A stretch of DNA of 64,000 nt from the human T2T-CHM13v2.0 reference genome, Homo sapiens: the NCBI RefSeq assembly GCF_009914755.1, contig NC_060926.1; one strand, written 5' to 3'. The position numbers and the translations under genes were made by a program. The notes beneath the pieces were generated by a model that worked only from the letters and a program-made list of their open reading frames with translations, made no database searches and was not told the DNA's origin. Within the stretch, counting starts at the first letter, position 1. The number at the start of each line of letters is the position of its first letter. Positions 13,860 to 28,889 of this stretch are shown in pieces.

Positions 13860-14570
13860 CTATCCCCTTTGGGCTCCCTACTGTACCACTTCTCTCTGAA
13901 GTCTCAGAAAATGGCACCACCTTTCAGTTCAGCAAAGAAGAAAAGAGACCATCAAGAAAGACTTGCTCCATCTCCCTCCTCCCCTGACCACAACAAAGCC
14001 CATGTTTTACAAACTTACTTGCATTTTTTTATTTTCTCCCACATCATCATAGTCATAATCACTTCTTCTGAAAAAAGAAGATTCTTCTAACCGTGTTCTG
14101 AATTTCATCTTTCTCTGACCTTCTCAGCAACTTCACACCAGACAATTTCTCTTTTTTATCTGGTCTTCAAATACTCCTTCTCTATTAGCCTCTCTATTTA
14201 TTACACAAACATGTTCAATGTTGTCAGTTCCTGTGTTTCCCTCTAGTTGTCATCCTTTCTCTTGCTTCCCCTCAACAGCCAGAGAGAGAGAATCCAGCAG
14301 TGACTATCTCCATCTCCTTACCACTCACTCACTCCTCAAGGCAATCTGCTCCATTCTGTCATCCAAGTACCTCTGATAAAGGAGATCATTGAAGTCATGA
14401 TGTTAAGTCCTAAATACACATTTAAGTTCCTCCCCCACTAGACCTCTCTGAAGCAGGTGACTCTGATGGCTTCGCCCTCTTTAGAACATGATCTTCCTCG
14501 TTTTCATGGTGTCCTCTGCTTTCTCTCCTGTCTTCTGCCCACTCCTTCTTGATGTACTTTTAGGGGGCCC
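13860..14570 (+). mobile_element. L2 fragments
   Basis: Pyrimidine-rich degenerate L2 motifs (ctagacctctctgaagcaggtgac). Confidence 0.5.
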
Positions 14571-14695
14571 AATACATACTGCCATTCTCTTCCCCACCTA
14601 AATCTGTAGCTAACCAGAGACAAACTCAGGAGCCAAACAACTAGAGATAGAAATGTTACCTTTTTATGAATGTACAGGAAGAATAGGGTTTAGAT

Positions 14696-14934
14696 CAGGG
14701 TTTCTCCACCTTGGTACTATTAACATATTAGGCAGAAAAAATTCTTTGTTAAGGGAGTAGTGGCTATCCTGTGTACTGTAGGATGTTTAGCAGCATTCCT
14801 GGCCTCTACCCACTAGTTGCCAATAGCACCCTCTCCTACCCTCAAATGTAATAATAAAAATATCTCCAGGCATTGCCAAATGTACCCCTAGGGAGAAATG
14901 GGTGGCCAAAATATCTCCAAGCTGAGAATCACTG
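14696..14934 (+). mobile_element. MER20 (hAT-Charlie)
   Basis: Termini cagggtttctc...gagaatcactg and core 'tgtaggatgtttagcagcattcctggcctctacccactag'. Confidence 0.9.
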
Positions 14935-15234
14935 ATGAGATATGCAGAGTCATATAGGTCTATTAATATCCTACATGGAATGAATATATTTACTCATAAG
15001 GCTCTGGCACAGCTGTACAGCATCAAGGTATCCCACAGAGAAAGGCTTCTCACCACAAGGCATATAAAAGACAGAAACATTGACTCTGCAAAGAAGCAGA
15101 TTTTGAAAGAAGAGAAAGAGGATAGTAACTAGGTCATTCCTCTGATAAGAATAAAGGAGGGAGCAAGGGGAAATGATGGGGCATGGGGATAAGGGTCTCT
15201 CACTACACTGATACTTCATGTGATCCAGTAAGCC

Positions 15235-15411
15235 AGCATTTAGCCAAATGTTGTCTGTAGGTCACCTACATCATAGTCATGTGGGATGTATTTGCTAAAA
15301 TGTAGACCCTGGACTCACTGAATCCAAATCCTTGCAGGTAATCTGAGATACTACATTTCTAACAGGCAGTCCAAGGAATTATCATCAACAGCAAGGTTTG
15401 GGATCCACTAC
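15235..15411. mobile_element. MER5-type hAT fragment
   Basis: 'ctaaaatgtagaccctggac...actgaatc...tttctaacaggc...ggtttgggatccact'. Confidence 0.6.
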
Positions 15412-15914
15412 CATAAACTAAAATCCTCATGTGTCAGGACCACTGTTTACTTATGTCTGCATCCACCAGTCCTGGTCCATTAATAACTAGGAGTATCTGT
15501 TGTTCAATAGTAAAAATATTAAACACTGGAGAGTCACTCGATACCAGTGGCCTTTAGTTTTCTTAAGGAGCCTTCAACTTGTGACTTAAAAGTGATGGAT
15601 AGAAACCTTTGAAAGGTAGTAATTATGAATTAATAATTATTCCACAATCTGAAGAATGAATTAATCAGAGCAGTAATGGCCAGTGCCTGTACGGATAAAA
15701 TTATACACTAATACTTGAAGTGGGTGATTTAAACTTAAAGAAATAAGATGGACAGAAGTACTAATGAGATCTTAACACTCATTTACATTATGAGTGGATC
15801 AAAATAAAATACATGCAGAGTCTCACCCAAAGACAAGAAAAATGCAAGGGTATTAATATAAAAGATGATACATCTTTTCCCTAGTGTTTTATAACAACTC
15901 AATTTCTAGGCATT

Positions 15915-16313
15915 TATGTTAGGCCATTCTTGCATTACTACAGAGAAATACCTAAGGCTGGATTATTTATAAGAAAAGGAAGTTTAATTGGCCTGTGGTA
16001 CTGCAGGCTGTAAAGGAAGCATGGTACGGGCATCTGCTTGGCTTTCGGGTTGGCCTCAGAGATCTTACTCATGGCAGAAGGCAAAGCGGGAGTAAGCACA
16101 TCACATGGCTTGAGCAGGAGCAAGATTGTGGGGGGAGGTACCACACTTGTAGACAACCAGATCTCCCAAGAACTTACTCACTATCATTAGGACAGCACTT
16201 AGACATGAGGCATCACACCCATGACCAAAACACCTCCCACCAGGCCCCACCTCTAACATCAGTGATTATATTTCAGCACGAGATCTGGGGGGACAAATAT
16301 CCAAACTATATCA
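15915..16313 (-). mobile_element. MSTA-like solo LTR
   Basis: 'ttaggccattcttgcattac...ccaaactatatca'; near-TSD gcatt/gaatt. Confidence 0.85.
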
Positions 16314-16524
16314 GAATTTAAATCTGAAAGCTCACAATCGATCTTCTACATCTTTAACAAAATCTCCAAATGTTATAAAAGCATAATGTCCCCATTTAGC
16401 TTTGAACTTAGTTATGCTCCAGTTTCTACCTATATCACCATCTACTTCAGCCATATCCTTAAAAACATTCCTTTGCTGTTGATGGTTAGGAATTTTCTTT
16501 GCTGCTGATGGTTAGGAAGAGAAC

Positions 16525-16915
16525 TTCATGGCAGACATACTTACCAAATATTCCATTTGATCTCCATTGTCCTCTGTATTTCCTAGTCTCCTTGCAATTA
16601 GGTGAAGTTCCACAATCATTTCTTACCAGTGAAGTGGAAGTGACATTGATATATGCTGCTTCTAGTCTAAGGCAATAAAAAACCCATATGAAATCCCACA
16701 GCCCTCTCTTTCCTCCATCATGGTTACTGAAAAACTAAGGACGCTGAGTGTTTCAGATGGGGAGCCAGAATGTGGTGATGGCTGGGTCCCTAAGGGACAA
16801 TGCAGGACTCAGTGCCCTAGCAACCCTGTGGAAACATGGATTGCAAATGAAAAATAAACCTTTATTAGATCAACCACTGAGCATTTAGATTATTTGTTTC
16901 TGCATCATAACTAAA
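16525..16915 (+). mobile_element. Old MLT1-type LTR
   Basis: 'ttcctagtctccttgcaattagg...aaataaacctttattagatcaaccactgagcattta'. Confidence 0.55.
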
Positions 16916-17118
16916 GTAATACAAATATTTTTTAATATAAATATAAATATTTTTTAAATAAACATTTTCTAATATAAACATTTTCTCCATTCTGCATTGG
17001 AAGAAGAGGTAAGAATCGGCACACACAAATATGAGCACTATCTACTCTGCAAACATGTACAGATTTCTGGATATTGGAAACTAAAACCATCCAGGAACTA
17101 ATTTAATAGTGATATTTA

Positions 17119-18640
<1,522 letters not shown>

Positions 18641-19525
18641 TGATTTTTAAAACAAAACTAAATGAATAATGATTCCTCATAAGATATTTTAGCAGAGGAA
18701 GTCTGGGGAATGGTCTATGTTTCCTCTTGGAAAGATCCATGTTCTTCAACATGGTAAAACCAAAATGTTGGCCTCATTATGCCTGATTTCAGTTCTATTG
18801 TTTAAAAACCCACGTGAGGACAAAAAGTTCTTGTGGAAAAATTATAAACATCTTATTGACTAACCCAAATTCATCCAGAATACATTTTATCTGGGGTTTT
18901 ATATATCCATAAAGGTTTTATAAAATATACAGAATCAACTGTTTTCTCTGCTGAAAGTGACCAGTTATCTAGAGGGTTATAGGATATAGGTATTGTGAAG
19001 GAAACAGACTTTTTAATTACACAAATATAAAATTGCCATTGTTCTAAGTACTAAATGCTATGAAGGAAAAACATGCTGTCATGTGACAGTATAAAAATCA
19101 AGGAACTTGACCTCGTCAAGGAGATCAGGGAGGGCTTCCCAGGAGTGGTGACGATTGGCCTGAGATCTCAAGAAAAAACATCAGTTGCACAGAAGACCAA
19201 AAACTGAGGTATGGGTGAACATGTTCCAGTCAGAGGATATGGCTTATAGCAAAAAAAATATGGAATGTTTGAGAATTTAGAGAAGACTAGTGTATGAATA
19301 ATCACAGAGAAAAGTAAACGCTCATTCCCTCCATGTACCGAAAGTTAATAACATTCTTGTTCAGAAATATTCAGAAGAACAGGAAAACAGAGTATTTCCT
19401 ATGAACTTTTTTGCTCTTTCCTTCTCTTTAAGTTAAAATAAATCTCTTCAAAGAGAAAAAAAGGCAAATTGCCAAAGAGTATATATAATGTGATTCCATT
19501 TGTGAATATTCCTGGAAGGACACAT

Positions 19526-20103
19526 GTATTAGTTATTTTCTGCTGTCTAACAGTATTAGCACAAGCTTACTAGTTCTAAATTACACTCATTTGTTAGTTC
19601 ACAATTTCTGTGAGTCAGGAATCCTGAATTGGCTGAGCTGGGTCCTTTGCTTCAGTGTCTCTCACAAGGCTACAATCATGCTGTCAGTCAGAGCTGGGAT
19701 CTCATCTACAGCTCCACTGGGCAAGGTTCCATTCCGAAGTTCAAACAGATGTTGGCAGGATTCAATTCTTTACAGGTCTTTGGAATCAGGGCCACCGCTC
19801 CTTGATGACTTTTGGCAAGAGGTCACTCTCAATTTCTTCCACATGGACCTCTCCACATCTGTATGGCAGCTTACTTCATCAAAGCCAGCAAGGGGAGTTC
19901 TACTGAGAAAGCCTAGCAGCAAGACCAAAGTTACAATCTTACATAACGTTACCACCGAAGTGGCATTCCCTCACCTTGACCATATCTTATTGCTTAGAAG
20001 CAAGTCACAGATGCTGCTCACACTCAGAGAAGAGGATTACACTGAGTCTTGCATGAAGGAGGTGGAAATCACCAGGGCCATCACAGAGTCTGTCTGCCAT
20101 AAT
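19526..20103 (-). mobile_element. MLT1F-like LTR
   Basis: 'tgtattagttatt...tttctgtgagtcaggaat...gagtctgtctgccata'. Confidence 0.75.
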
Positions 20104-20789
20104 ACACAAAACATTAGTAATAGGGCATATTTCAGGTTGAGGGCTACAGGGTCTAGGAAGGAAGACTGTCCCTATTACTTTACATCTTTTCAAGTAATTT
20201 GCATTTTGATCCCTCACATGCATTAATTTTTATTTTTAGTAAATATTTTCACACTGTTCCTGCTTTGATGGGAGAAGATGGAATTAGCACTTTCCCAAAT
20301 AGATAGAAGGTTATATCTCTCTTGGCATAAGGTAAAGCCATACGTGAGGCATCTGTTTCTCCATCATCAAAACGACATGCTGGGATGTAATGGAGAACAC
20401 AGGAGTGTGTTTGTTTGTTTTAACTCAGTTATTTGTACAATGGCTCCCATTCTCTGGGATGTTCTAACTAAATAAGTCAGTCTAATAACAACTGAAAAGA
20501 GTTTGAAAATTTGGAATATTCTGTGATTAAATACAATTTACACAGTTTTGTTCATTAATTCCACAAATATTTGGAGTTCCTATTATGTGTTCAACATTGC
20601 ATCACTCTTCATAATGAACAATATTTAAATAAATTTTTCATATAATTTACCAATTTTGTCTTTGACAAGAATATTAAAATGAATGCTGTAATTTTATGAG
20701 GAAAAAGTGATGCCAAAAATAGTCAATAAAAAGTCATGCCTCAAAACCATTTTGATTTCACCTACCACTACATTGTTGGCATAGATCAA

Positions 20790-21300
20790 AGGACCCTAAA
20801 CTTATTGGTTCAGCACCCTTCATGTCTCAGTAATTATTTCATATGCCAAAAGAAATATCTAACCTTTTCATTAAGATTAGGTCCAAAAAACAAGTATTTT
20901 TGTCCTAAAAGCTAAGTAAATATTTGAAAAATAACACATATAACTTGAAAGAAAAATTGTATTTTCACACTGACCAATGTGAGGTATGCACTTCATGGGC
21001 ATTAGAGCTCTCAAATTTTGGAATTAAATGAGACTCTGCCACCTTCATTTGCTGTTCCACCTTGATTTTTCTGAGGTGCTTGTGCTTGTTTTTTATCACT
21101 GGAACCTCTGATCTTCAGTGATATAACATAATTAAGAAGAATGTAGTGCAATCTAAAGTTGGAAATGTGAACTACCTTTAGTAGTCGATACAATATCCAA
21201 AAGATGATGAATATTGTGGTTTCCTTCAATGATTCAAAATATCCTGAGGTGCCCCTTTACTTCAGTGTCTTGGGGCACCTAGGCACCCAGTTAGGGAATT
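20790..21300. mobile_element. Probable hAT-Charlie-type DNA transposon remnant
   Basis: Terminal-like 'ccctaaacttattggttcagcaccctt' and 'ggcacccagttagggaa'; family not resolved. Confidence 0.4.
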
Positions 21301-22275
21301 TGAGGCAAGAATGTAATACATATTTAGGAAAAAGAAAAATCTACAATCAAAATCCACATATCCATTTGCTATTTTCTACAGGAATCCTTCTAGTAAAGTA
21401 AAAGTTCAATTAAATCCAATTTGACTGCTGATATATTAAGACCCTAAACCAGGGTGAAGCAGGCAAATAAAGAAATTAAAGTTAAAGGTTTTATCAAATT
21501 TATTTTTTATTAGTGGCAAACACTAATAATATACAGGAAACTGCGTGTGCTTCTAATAGTTGTGTTGCATTAACAAAAGCAATTTATTCTTCTGGTTCCA
21601 ATCTTTTATTATTTGAAATAAAACTAAAACTATAAGCATTCTGGGCAGGTAGGTTCTAAGTTAATCAACACTCACAGAGAATTTCAATGAGTTACTTGAA
21701 AATCTATCTTTATTGAAGAAGAGACATGATGTCTAAATTCTTACTCCAGGTATACAGAGAAAAAGACAGGCTCTGCTCTCCCTCTAATCTTGCTATGCAC
21801 TCTGATGCAATTTGTTCCCCAGGAAAGCAAGTACATAGCCATTAATCTCTTCTGAACATAACTGACCTTTGTCCTGTTGACCTTTTTCCTCAGTCTATGG
21901 ATGGAAATTTCTCCTGCCAAACATCTTGGAGAAGCTGCAAAAGTATCCCTACCAGAAGTCTCTCCCTGTGGAGAATGAAATTAGGTAAAGCTTGCAGAGT
22001 GAGTAACAAATTGAATTCATTTAACTGAATTGCTATCTCACCAATAAGGCTCATCTCAAAGCACAAGCACAAGTTTAAGAGCAGGAATAGCATCAACAAG
22101 ATGAATTGTGTTCTCAGACTGCATGGCAGAGCTAGATGCTGACGATGCGACTACTGGAAGGTGAACCAGTGAGTCAACTTCTTTTTTGAACTGTCTTGGT
22201 CTCCATCGCACAATTTTAGAAAAATAGCTTGTCTTTGTCTAAACAGTTCTTTCCATCTCTGTAGCAGATTTTTCT

Positions 22276-22412
22276 TTTTTTTTTCTTTTTTTTGTTTTTT
22301 TTTTTCTTTTTTTTTTTCTTGAGACGGAGTCTCGCTCTGTCACCCAGGCTGGAGTGCAGTGGCGTGATCTCGACTCACTGCAAGCTCCGCCTCCCAGGTT
22401 CATGTCATGGTC
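22276..22412 (-). mobile_element. 5'-truncated AluY (last ~90 nt plus long A tail)
   Basis: Poly-T then gagacggagtctcgctctg...gcaagctccgcctccc; 17-bp TSD CTGTAGCAGATTTTTCT at 22259-22275 and 22413-22429. Confidence 0.95.
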
Positions 22413-22496
22413 CTGTAGCAGATTTTTCTATTGTGCAATTGCATGATTAGAAGAGTAAATCTTCTGGTAGATGAAAAGTCTGAAGAAAACAGTTCT

Positions 22497-22543
22497 TCAC
22501 AGTGACATTTTCAAGGCACTGGTGCCTGTATTATCTGTCAAGT
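22497..22543 (-). CDS. Candidate terminal coding exon of unidentified minus-strand gene; phase-1 reading (D)LTDNTGTSALKMSL*
   Basis: Minus strand: branch-like cctaac, ttttgtaaagtgtctttAG acceptor, TGA at 22499-22497, downstream AATAAA at 21714-21709; no transcript data. Confidence 0.4.
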
Positions 22544-23045
22544 CTAAAGACACTTTACAAAAATGAGTTAGGAAGTATTTTCACACAAAATTCACAACAA
22601 ATTAGGACACATTTCTATTATGTAACACAATCTGGGTGTCAATCTGTCACATTATGGTATCTGTCCCTGCCTCAGAATGGAGTCATCATTGACTCATGAA
22701 CCAGGTCTTAGGTTTCTAAAGGTCTTCTTCACACATAAATACAAACCCATGCTTTTATCTAACAATACCTATGATGGTGCAAGCACATTCAGTCAGCCTA
22801 GCTTCCAAAGAGGAAGCCTGTTTTACTGTGATAATATGCATCCTTATCTCCCAGGCACTTACTATTCCAATTTGGATACTTCCTCACTCCACAAATGGCA
22901 AGTAGCATGGAAGCGCACACAATCTTTGGACTCAGTTCAACCTAAGTTTGTTTCCAGTTCTGCCACTCTCTAGCTGTGAAACCATTAACAGTACACCTTA
23001 CCACTCTGAGCGTCAGTCTCCTCTTTAATGAAATGCTTTTACCTC

Positions 23046-23400
<355 letters not shown>

Positions 23401-23981
23401 CTATTAATGATTATGTTCTCAAATAGGTCTTACCTATCTTTTCTACAAGTTTAAAGACTATGGGACTTTTCTGGCCAAATTCTAACTTTAAGAAGTCCTC
23501 TTCTTCTAGACATCTTTCAAGATTACAAGGAACAATCATCTAACCTGAAGCATTCATACCTACTTTATTTAAGGCAAGGTTTGAGGATGTGAAATCTGCA
23601 CTGAGTTGATGACTACACAGTACTCAGGAAATATTCGGGACAGAAGCACAGAGGTGAATATAAATTCAACAACCTTAAAGAGTGAGCAAGTGAGTGAGTG
23701 AGCGAGCAAGCAAGCGAACGAATGAGCGATCGTAAATTCCACAACCATTCCTATTTGAGTTTCCTATAGACCTCAATAATTAGCAGTCTCTCGAAAACTG
23801 AAACTCCATTCATCTTAAAACTGCACACCTATCTTAATGACTAAGTCAGAGTTTTCCTTGCACGTATTAAAACAAAGTAGGCAACATTTCCTGACTATAC
23901 AATATCAAAACAGGTAAAGAAATTGTTAATTTTATATTTCAGGAAAATCATTTTGTCTAAAAAAATTTCTAATTCCACTAT

Positions 23982-24334
23982 TGATATTGTTTGGCTGTGT
24001 CCCCACCCAAATCTCACCTTGAATTGTAATAATCTCCATGTGTCGAGGGTGAGGCCAGGTGGAGATCATTGAATCATGGGGGCAGACTCCCCCTTACTGA
24101 TCTCATGGTAGTTAATAAGTCTCACAAGATCTGATGATTTTATAAATGGGAGTTCTCCTGCACATGCTCTCTTGCCTGCTGCCATGTAAGTCATAACTTT
24201 GCTTCTCTGCCTTTTGCCATGATTGGGAGGCCTCCACAGCCATGTGGAACGCTGAGTCAATTAAACCTTTTTCCTTTATAAATTACCAAGTCTTGGGTAG
24301 GTCTTTATTAGGAGCATGAGAACAGACTAATGCA
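23982..24334 (+). mobile_element. THE1 solo LTR
   Basis: tgatattgtttggctgtgtcccc...gactaatgca; 5-bp TSD ACTAT at 23977-23981 and 24335-24339. Confidence 0.93.
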
Positions 24335-24852
24335 ACTATTAATCTGATACATTTCTAATATATTAGAAAGTAATATAAACTTCCTAATTTTATGCTTAAT
24401 CTCTTATGATACTTTCTCAGTTTCCAAATATTTCGGAAACATTTCAACAAATTCCAGTAGCTAATCTACATTGAGCAATGTACTGTCTCTCAGAAACTCT
24501 GTTGTTAGTGAAGAATATTATAATGAAATATTAAACAATTAGAAGGTAAATGCCAAGTAGAAATTAAGTTTATTTTAGTCAGTCACTATCCTAGGGTAAT
24601 ATCTGTAATGTTATGAGATATTTAATCACAACTATGTAAAATCATATGCAGCAAGAATTTTAAAAACCAGATTTCACCTGTTAGTCCTATTCTCAGCTAG
24701 TAAAAGAACTAGCTAACTTAGCTAACTAGAGAAAAGTTTTCATACAGCATTTAAAAATTTATAAAATTAATTCATGGTGACATCACCATGAATTTACTCA
24801 GATGACATAATAAGCATGAGACTTCACCACTATAAAAACATAATTACAAATA

Positions 24853-25214
24853 CAGTCATGCATCACTTCACAACAGAGATATGTTCTGAGAGATGTGTCA
24901 TGAGGGATTGCATCATTGAGTGAACATCATAGAGGGTACGTACACACACCTACATGATAACAGCCTACTGCAAACCCAGGCTATATAGTAGAGCATATTA
25001 CACACCTAAGCTACTTCACTCCGAGACTAAAAACCTGTACAGCATGTTATTGTGCTGAACACTGTAGGCAATTGTAACACAATGGCAAATATTTTTGTAT
25101 CTAAACATATCTACAGTAGAAAAGCTACAGTAAACATATGGTATTACAATGTTATGTGAAGACCATCATGTATGTGGCTCATCATTGACTGAAATTCCAT
25201 GTCGCACATGACTA
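24853..25214 (+). mobile_element. Tigger3a (MER7A-type) DNA transposon
   Basis: TA-flanked cagtcatgc...gcacatgact termini; core 'aacctgtacagcatgttattgtgctgaacactgtaggcaattgtaacacaatgg'. Confidence 0.85.
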
Positions 25215-27370
25215 TAGTTATTCATCTTCTTAGAGAAAAATTATTTACAGGCAGGAGATATGCTTGATCATGTTCATTTCCTCTGCTCTCCATATAATCC
25301 ATCTTTAATGGAGATAGACAGAATCCTCATCTTTTATGAAGTTGCACAGTTTCCTTAATCAGTAGAATCTAAGCAAATGATAAAAATCACTTTACACTGC
25401 AATAGAGAATGCTGTCTGTGAACGAAGTGCTCTTCAGGAACTAAGAAATTTCAATATTAATAAGAGAAATGCATATGACTGTTTCCACTGCCTAGAGGAG
25501 GTTAGTGAGCAAGTTCTGCTAAATAAAGTGAGACTTAATAAATACTTTAATTCAATACATTGCCCTAATAATTCTTCAGTGATATTATTACCAACATAGG
25601 GCACTAAGGACCCTGTAGATGGTAAGCCTTCTTTTTTGACACCATGGAGCACAGTGGAGTTGTAATAGGTTTTAACCTCACATTAACACCATATACTTAG
25701 TCTCTAAATGAGTTCCTAATTGACACCTTTGAAGTGATCCTTATTTTAGAAATGTAGGAAACATTCCATGCTACAAATTCAAATAGTGACACACTTCTGA
25801 ATTAAAGAATACTGCTCTTTACAATATCATCATTTTCTAAATAAAAATATTTATATGTCCCCATAAATATTTGAAAGATTACACTGCAACACCTTCATAA
25901 CTATTACCTATTTGGAAAGAAAACTGGTACTTTTCTCAGTTTTGTTTTTCTCTCTTTTCTACTTTTACTATAATGAACATAAACTGATAGCTATTTAAAA
26001 AACATTTCAGAAAAATAAGATTCTTGTTCAGAAATTAATGTAGCTTATACAATACCAAAAAAAGTAGGTTCTGCCATTTTTACCATCAACACCAAAGTGC
26101 ATAAACAAGATACCAATCTGCTAAACAACATTCTAAATATAACCAGATTAACTTCCAGATGTTCATTATAAATGTTATCAATGATCACCCAGCATTCTGG
26201 AAAGTGCTCTTTTTTAAAGTCCACAAAAAATTATTATGTGACTTGGAGCTATCTCTTTATTAATGAGAAAAAAACAAAGTAAAGCAGTTTTATCAAACTA
26301 ATATAAGATTTCTCCTCACACAGACTGTTGAAGAGTCAGAAAGTCAGACACAATTATAATTAGAAATGGACCAGATGTGATATCTAAGTTGGAGAGCTAA
26401 GACAGCCAAAATTCATAATATTGCTGCTTTCAAATATTGATGAGTGTCTGCAGAAAGAGTATAGCATGAGAAATGATGGACTTTGGTGGAAGGGTTTTTG
26501 AAGGCATGAGATTTCTAATAGAAAATTGAATGAAACTTAATAGAATAGCCAAACTTGCAATGGGCAATTGAGAGGGGCTAAATGAAGTAGAAAAATTAAA
26601 ACTGTTTCCTATAAAACTGAATATACAAGTGTACTCTGATTTGTATAATGTGGAGTACACATAAATATTGAATTGTGCTACTTATTAATAATAAATTTAA
26701 AGGATCTTAAGATCCATAAAAGAAACTTGTAAGAAAGAAAATGCAACTTATCCAGAAACACTGCAGTATCCTCTAAAGAAATCAAAAGGTAGAATCATGA
26801 CCAAAACAAAAACCCTGACACTTCCTATACAGTGCATATCTAAAAACATAAATATTACTGCTTCTCCTCAATTCACATTTTTTTTCCTAAGTTGGGCCTA
26901 CATTTACATATTATACTCTGCCTGGGTATTCAGAGATTTTAAAATAGGTATATGAAAACAAAGCCTTCAAAACAAAAAATACAGGACATTTCCAAATCAT
27001 GTATAACTCATAAAAATGCCTCCTTCCATTTCCACTTCAGCCTATCAAAGATCACCAAAGAGTGTGGAATTTAAACTTGTATAGGTTCCAATGAGGAAGG
27101 GAAGAAATTTAAAAGCTTGCAGTAAACTTCAAGGTAAAAGTAAAATATTGAAGAATACCAGGATTCTGGAATTCCTAACTAATGTTCTAGCAGAATGTAT
27201 AAAAGTGACAGAAAAATAAACATTCTCTCGGGATCATAAAAACAGCTGGTTCTATCACTTCAAGAAATAAATAAGAAAGAAACAAAGTTCTATTTCTTCA
27301 AGGGAAATAAGAAACAAAGATTATGAGTGCTGCCTTGTTGAGAAATCTACCACTGCTACATTCAAATTAC

Positions 27371-27430
27371 CTGAGCTCCACCTTCTCCAGTAGTCATTTT
27401 TTCACAGTGATTCTGTGTTATTCACACAAT
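27371..27430 (-). CDS. Candidate 60-nt exon; phase-1 reading (D)CVNNTESL* then UTR
   Basis: Minus strand ttatattttAG acceptor and CAG|GTAATT donor; all three frames contain a stop. Confidence 0.4.
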
Positions 27431-28889
27431 CTAAAATATAACACCTCCTATGTACCAGCATATCTTTCTCTCGTTTTAATTATTTTTTAAATTTTCACTT
27501 TGCTACATTAAGAACAGGATGAGAATGAACATTTAGGAAGTTCTTGGCACCGTATTCAATGTTTTATGTATATTCTCTCATTTAATTTATTGATCTAGAC
27601 TTCCACTACATAGACATGCATTTGACTTATCAGACATCTTCTGTCAAAAATGTAAACCCTTCTGAAAGAGTTGAGCCTTTATTTTCTACTCACATTGACT
27701 TGCAAATGTAAGGTAAGTTTTGTGAAGGGAGAATAAAGGGGGAATAGGAAATGAGGGAGGCACTTCTGGACCACCATTTATGACTCCCTGTGGTGCAGTG
27801 AGGCATCCCCCAGTAGAATTCCCCAGTGAGGAACACAGAGGCAGCACCAGGGTGCCTGAGCAGAACACTATTAGGAGATGAGAGGGGGGTGCAGAAGGAA
27901 AGTGGGAGGATATTTGAAAGAACTTCAGTTTCAAAATTGTCTTAGGAGACTGTGACAGAATCAGGAAAATAAACCATTTGTCTTTTCTTCCTTCCTTCTC
28001 TTGTTCCAAATTTAAAAAAAAAAAACTGATACTATTTACTCAGTGGATAATGTATGGGCAGTTTAAGGCTGGCTAGGAATGTGACTTGCCATTATACATA
28101 CAGCTATGCTTCTTAATTCCATGTATCTATCTGGCTTTCAGCTAATTTTTAGAATATGAGTCATGTCTAATTTCATAACTACTTTAATAAACTCTATAGA
28201 TTAGCAGGTATTCAAAACCTAAGAGTTATGGTCCTGAGAATTTCTGTGGTTAAAAAAAATTGGAAGTTGAAAAATATAAGATGTTTGGGGGACTATAAAG
28301 GTGAGGAATGAACTCACATATGAAATTATGAAAGCCTTTGTATATATTTTTTAATCTTCTGAAATAAATCATCACCACCATCCAACAAAGTAACTGTGTA
28401 TGCAGCATAAAAGAGGAAGAATGGACACTTCATAAACTTTCACTTACTCTTTGTACACCTAGAAATTATCAGAATTTCCTTTTGCTATATTTTAATTATA
28501 TTTTTGCAATTAATTTAGCTTCATTAAATATAATAACCCCTTCTTTCTCCTCCTACTTCTTTATGCAAAGTCTGACGCTTTTTCGATGCGATGATTTCAA
28601 ATAGTTGACTCTGCCTGTCATCTGTTCTCAGTGAAGCCCTCAAAACACAGCTTCACACCCTGTCTTCAGGCAGCTGCAAAATCACAGCTTTGAGGCCTGT
28701 AACTTTGTTCCCTCCTTTCAGCATTTTTATGTCTTCTAAGGTTTCATTAAGAAACCTTACATTTGCTCTCCCAGACGCTTACTTCTTTTTTTCACTTTCC
28801 AACTTCAATAGCCCCCTTTTTTCAATTATCATTAGTACATATAAAAACTGAAAATCTTAGAGCTGCCAAAAGATATTCAGAAATAAAGC

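Noticed and set aside
19591-20226. 211-aa ORF
   Set aside because: Lies mostly inside an MLT1F-like LTR, has a non-ATG start and shows no recognisable protein motif
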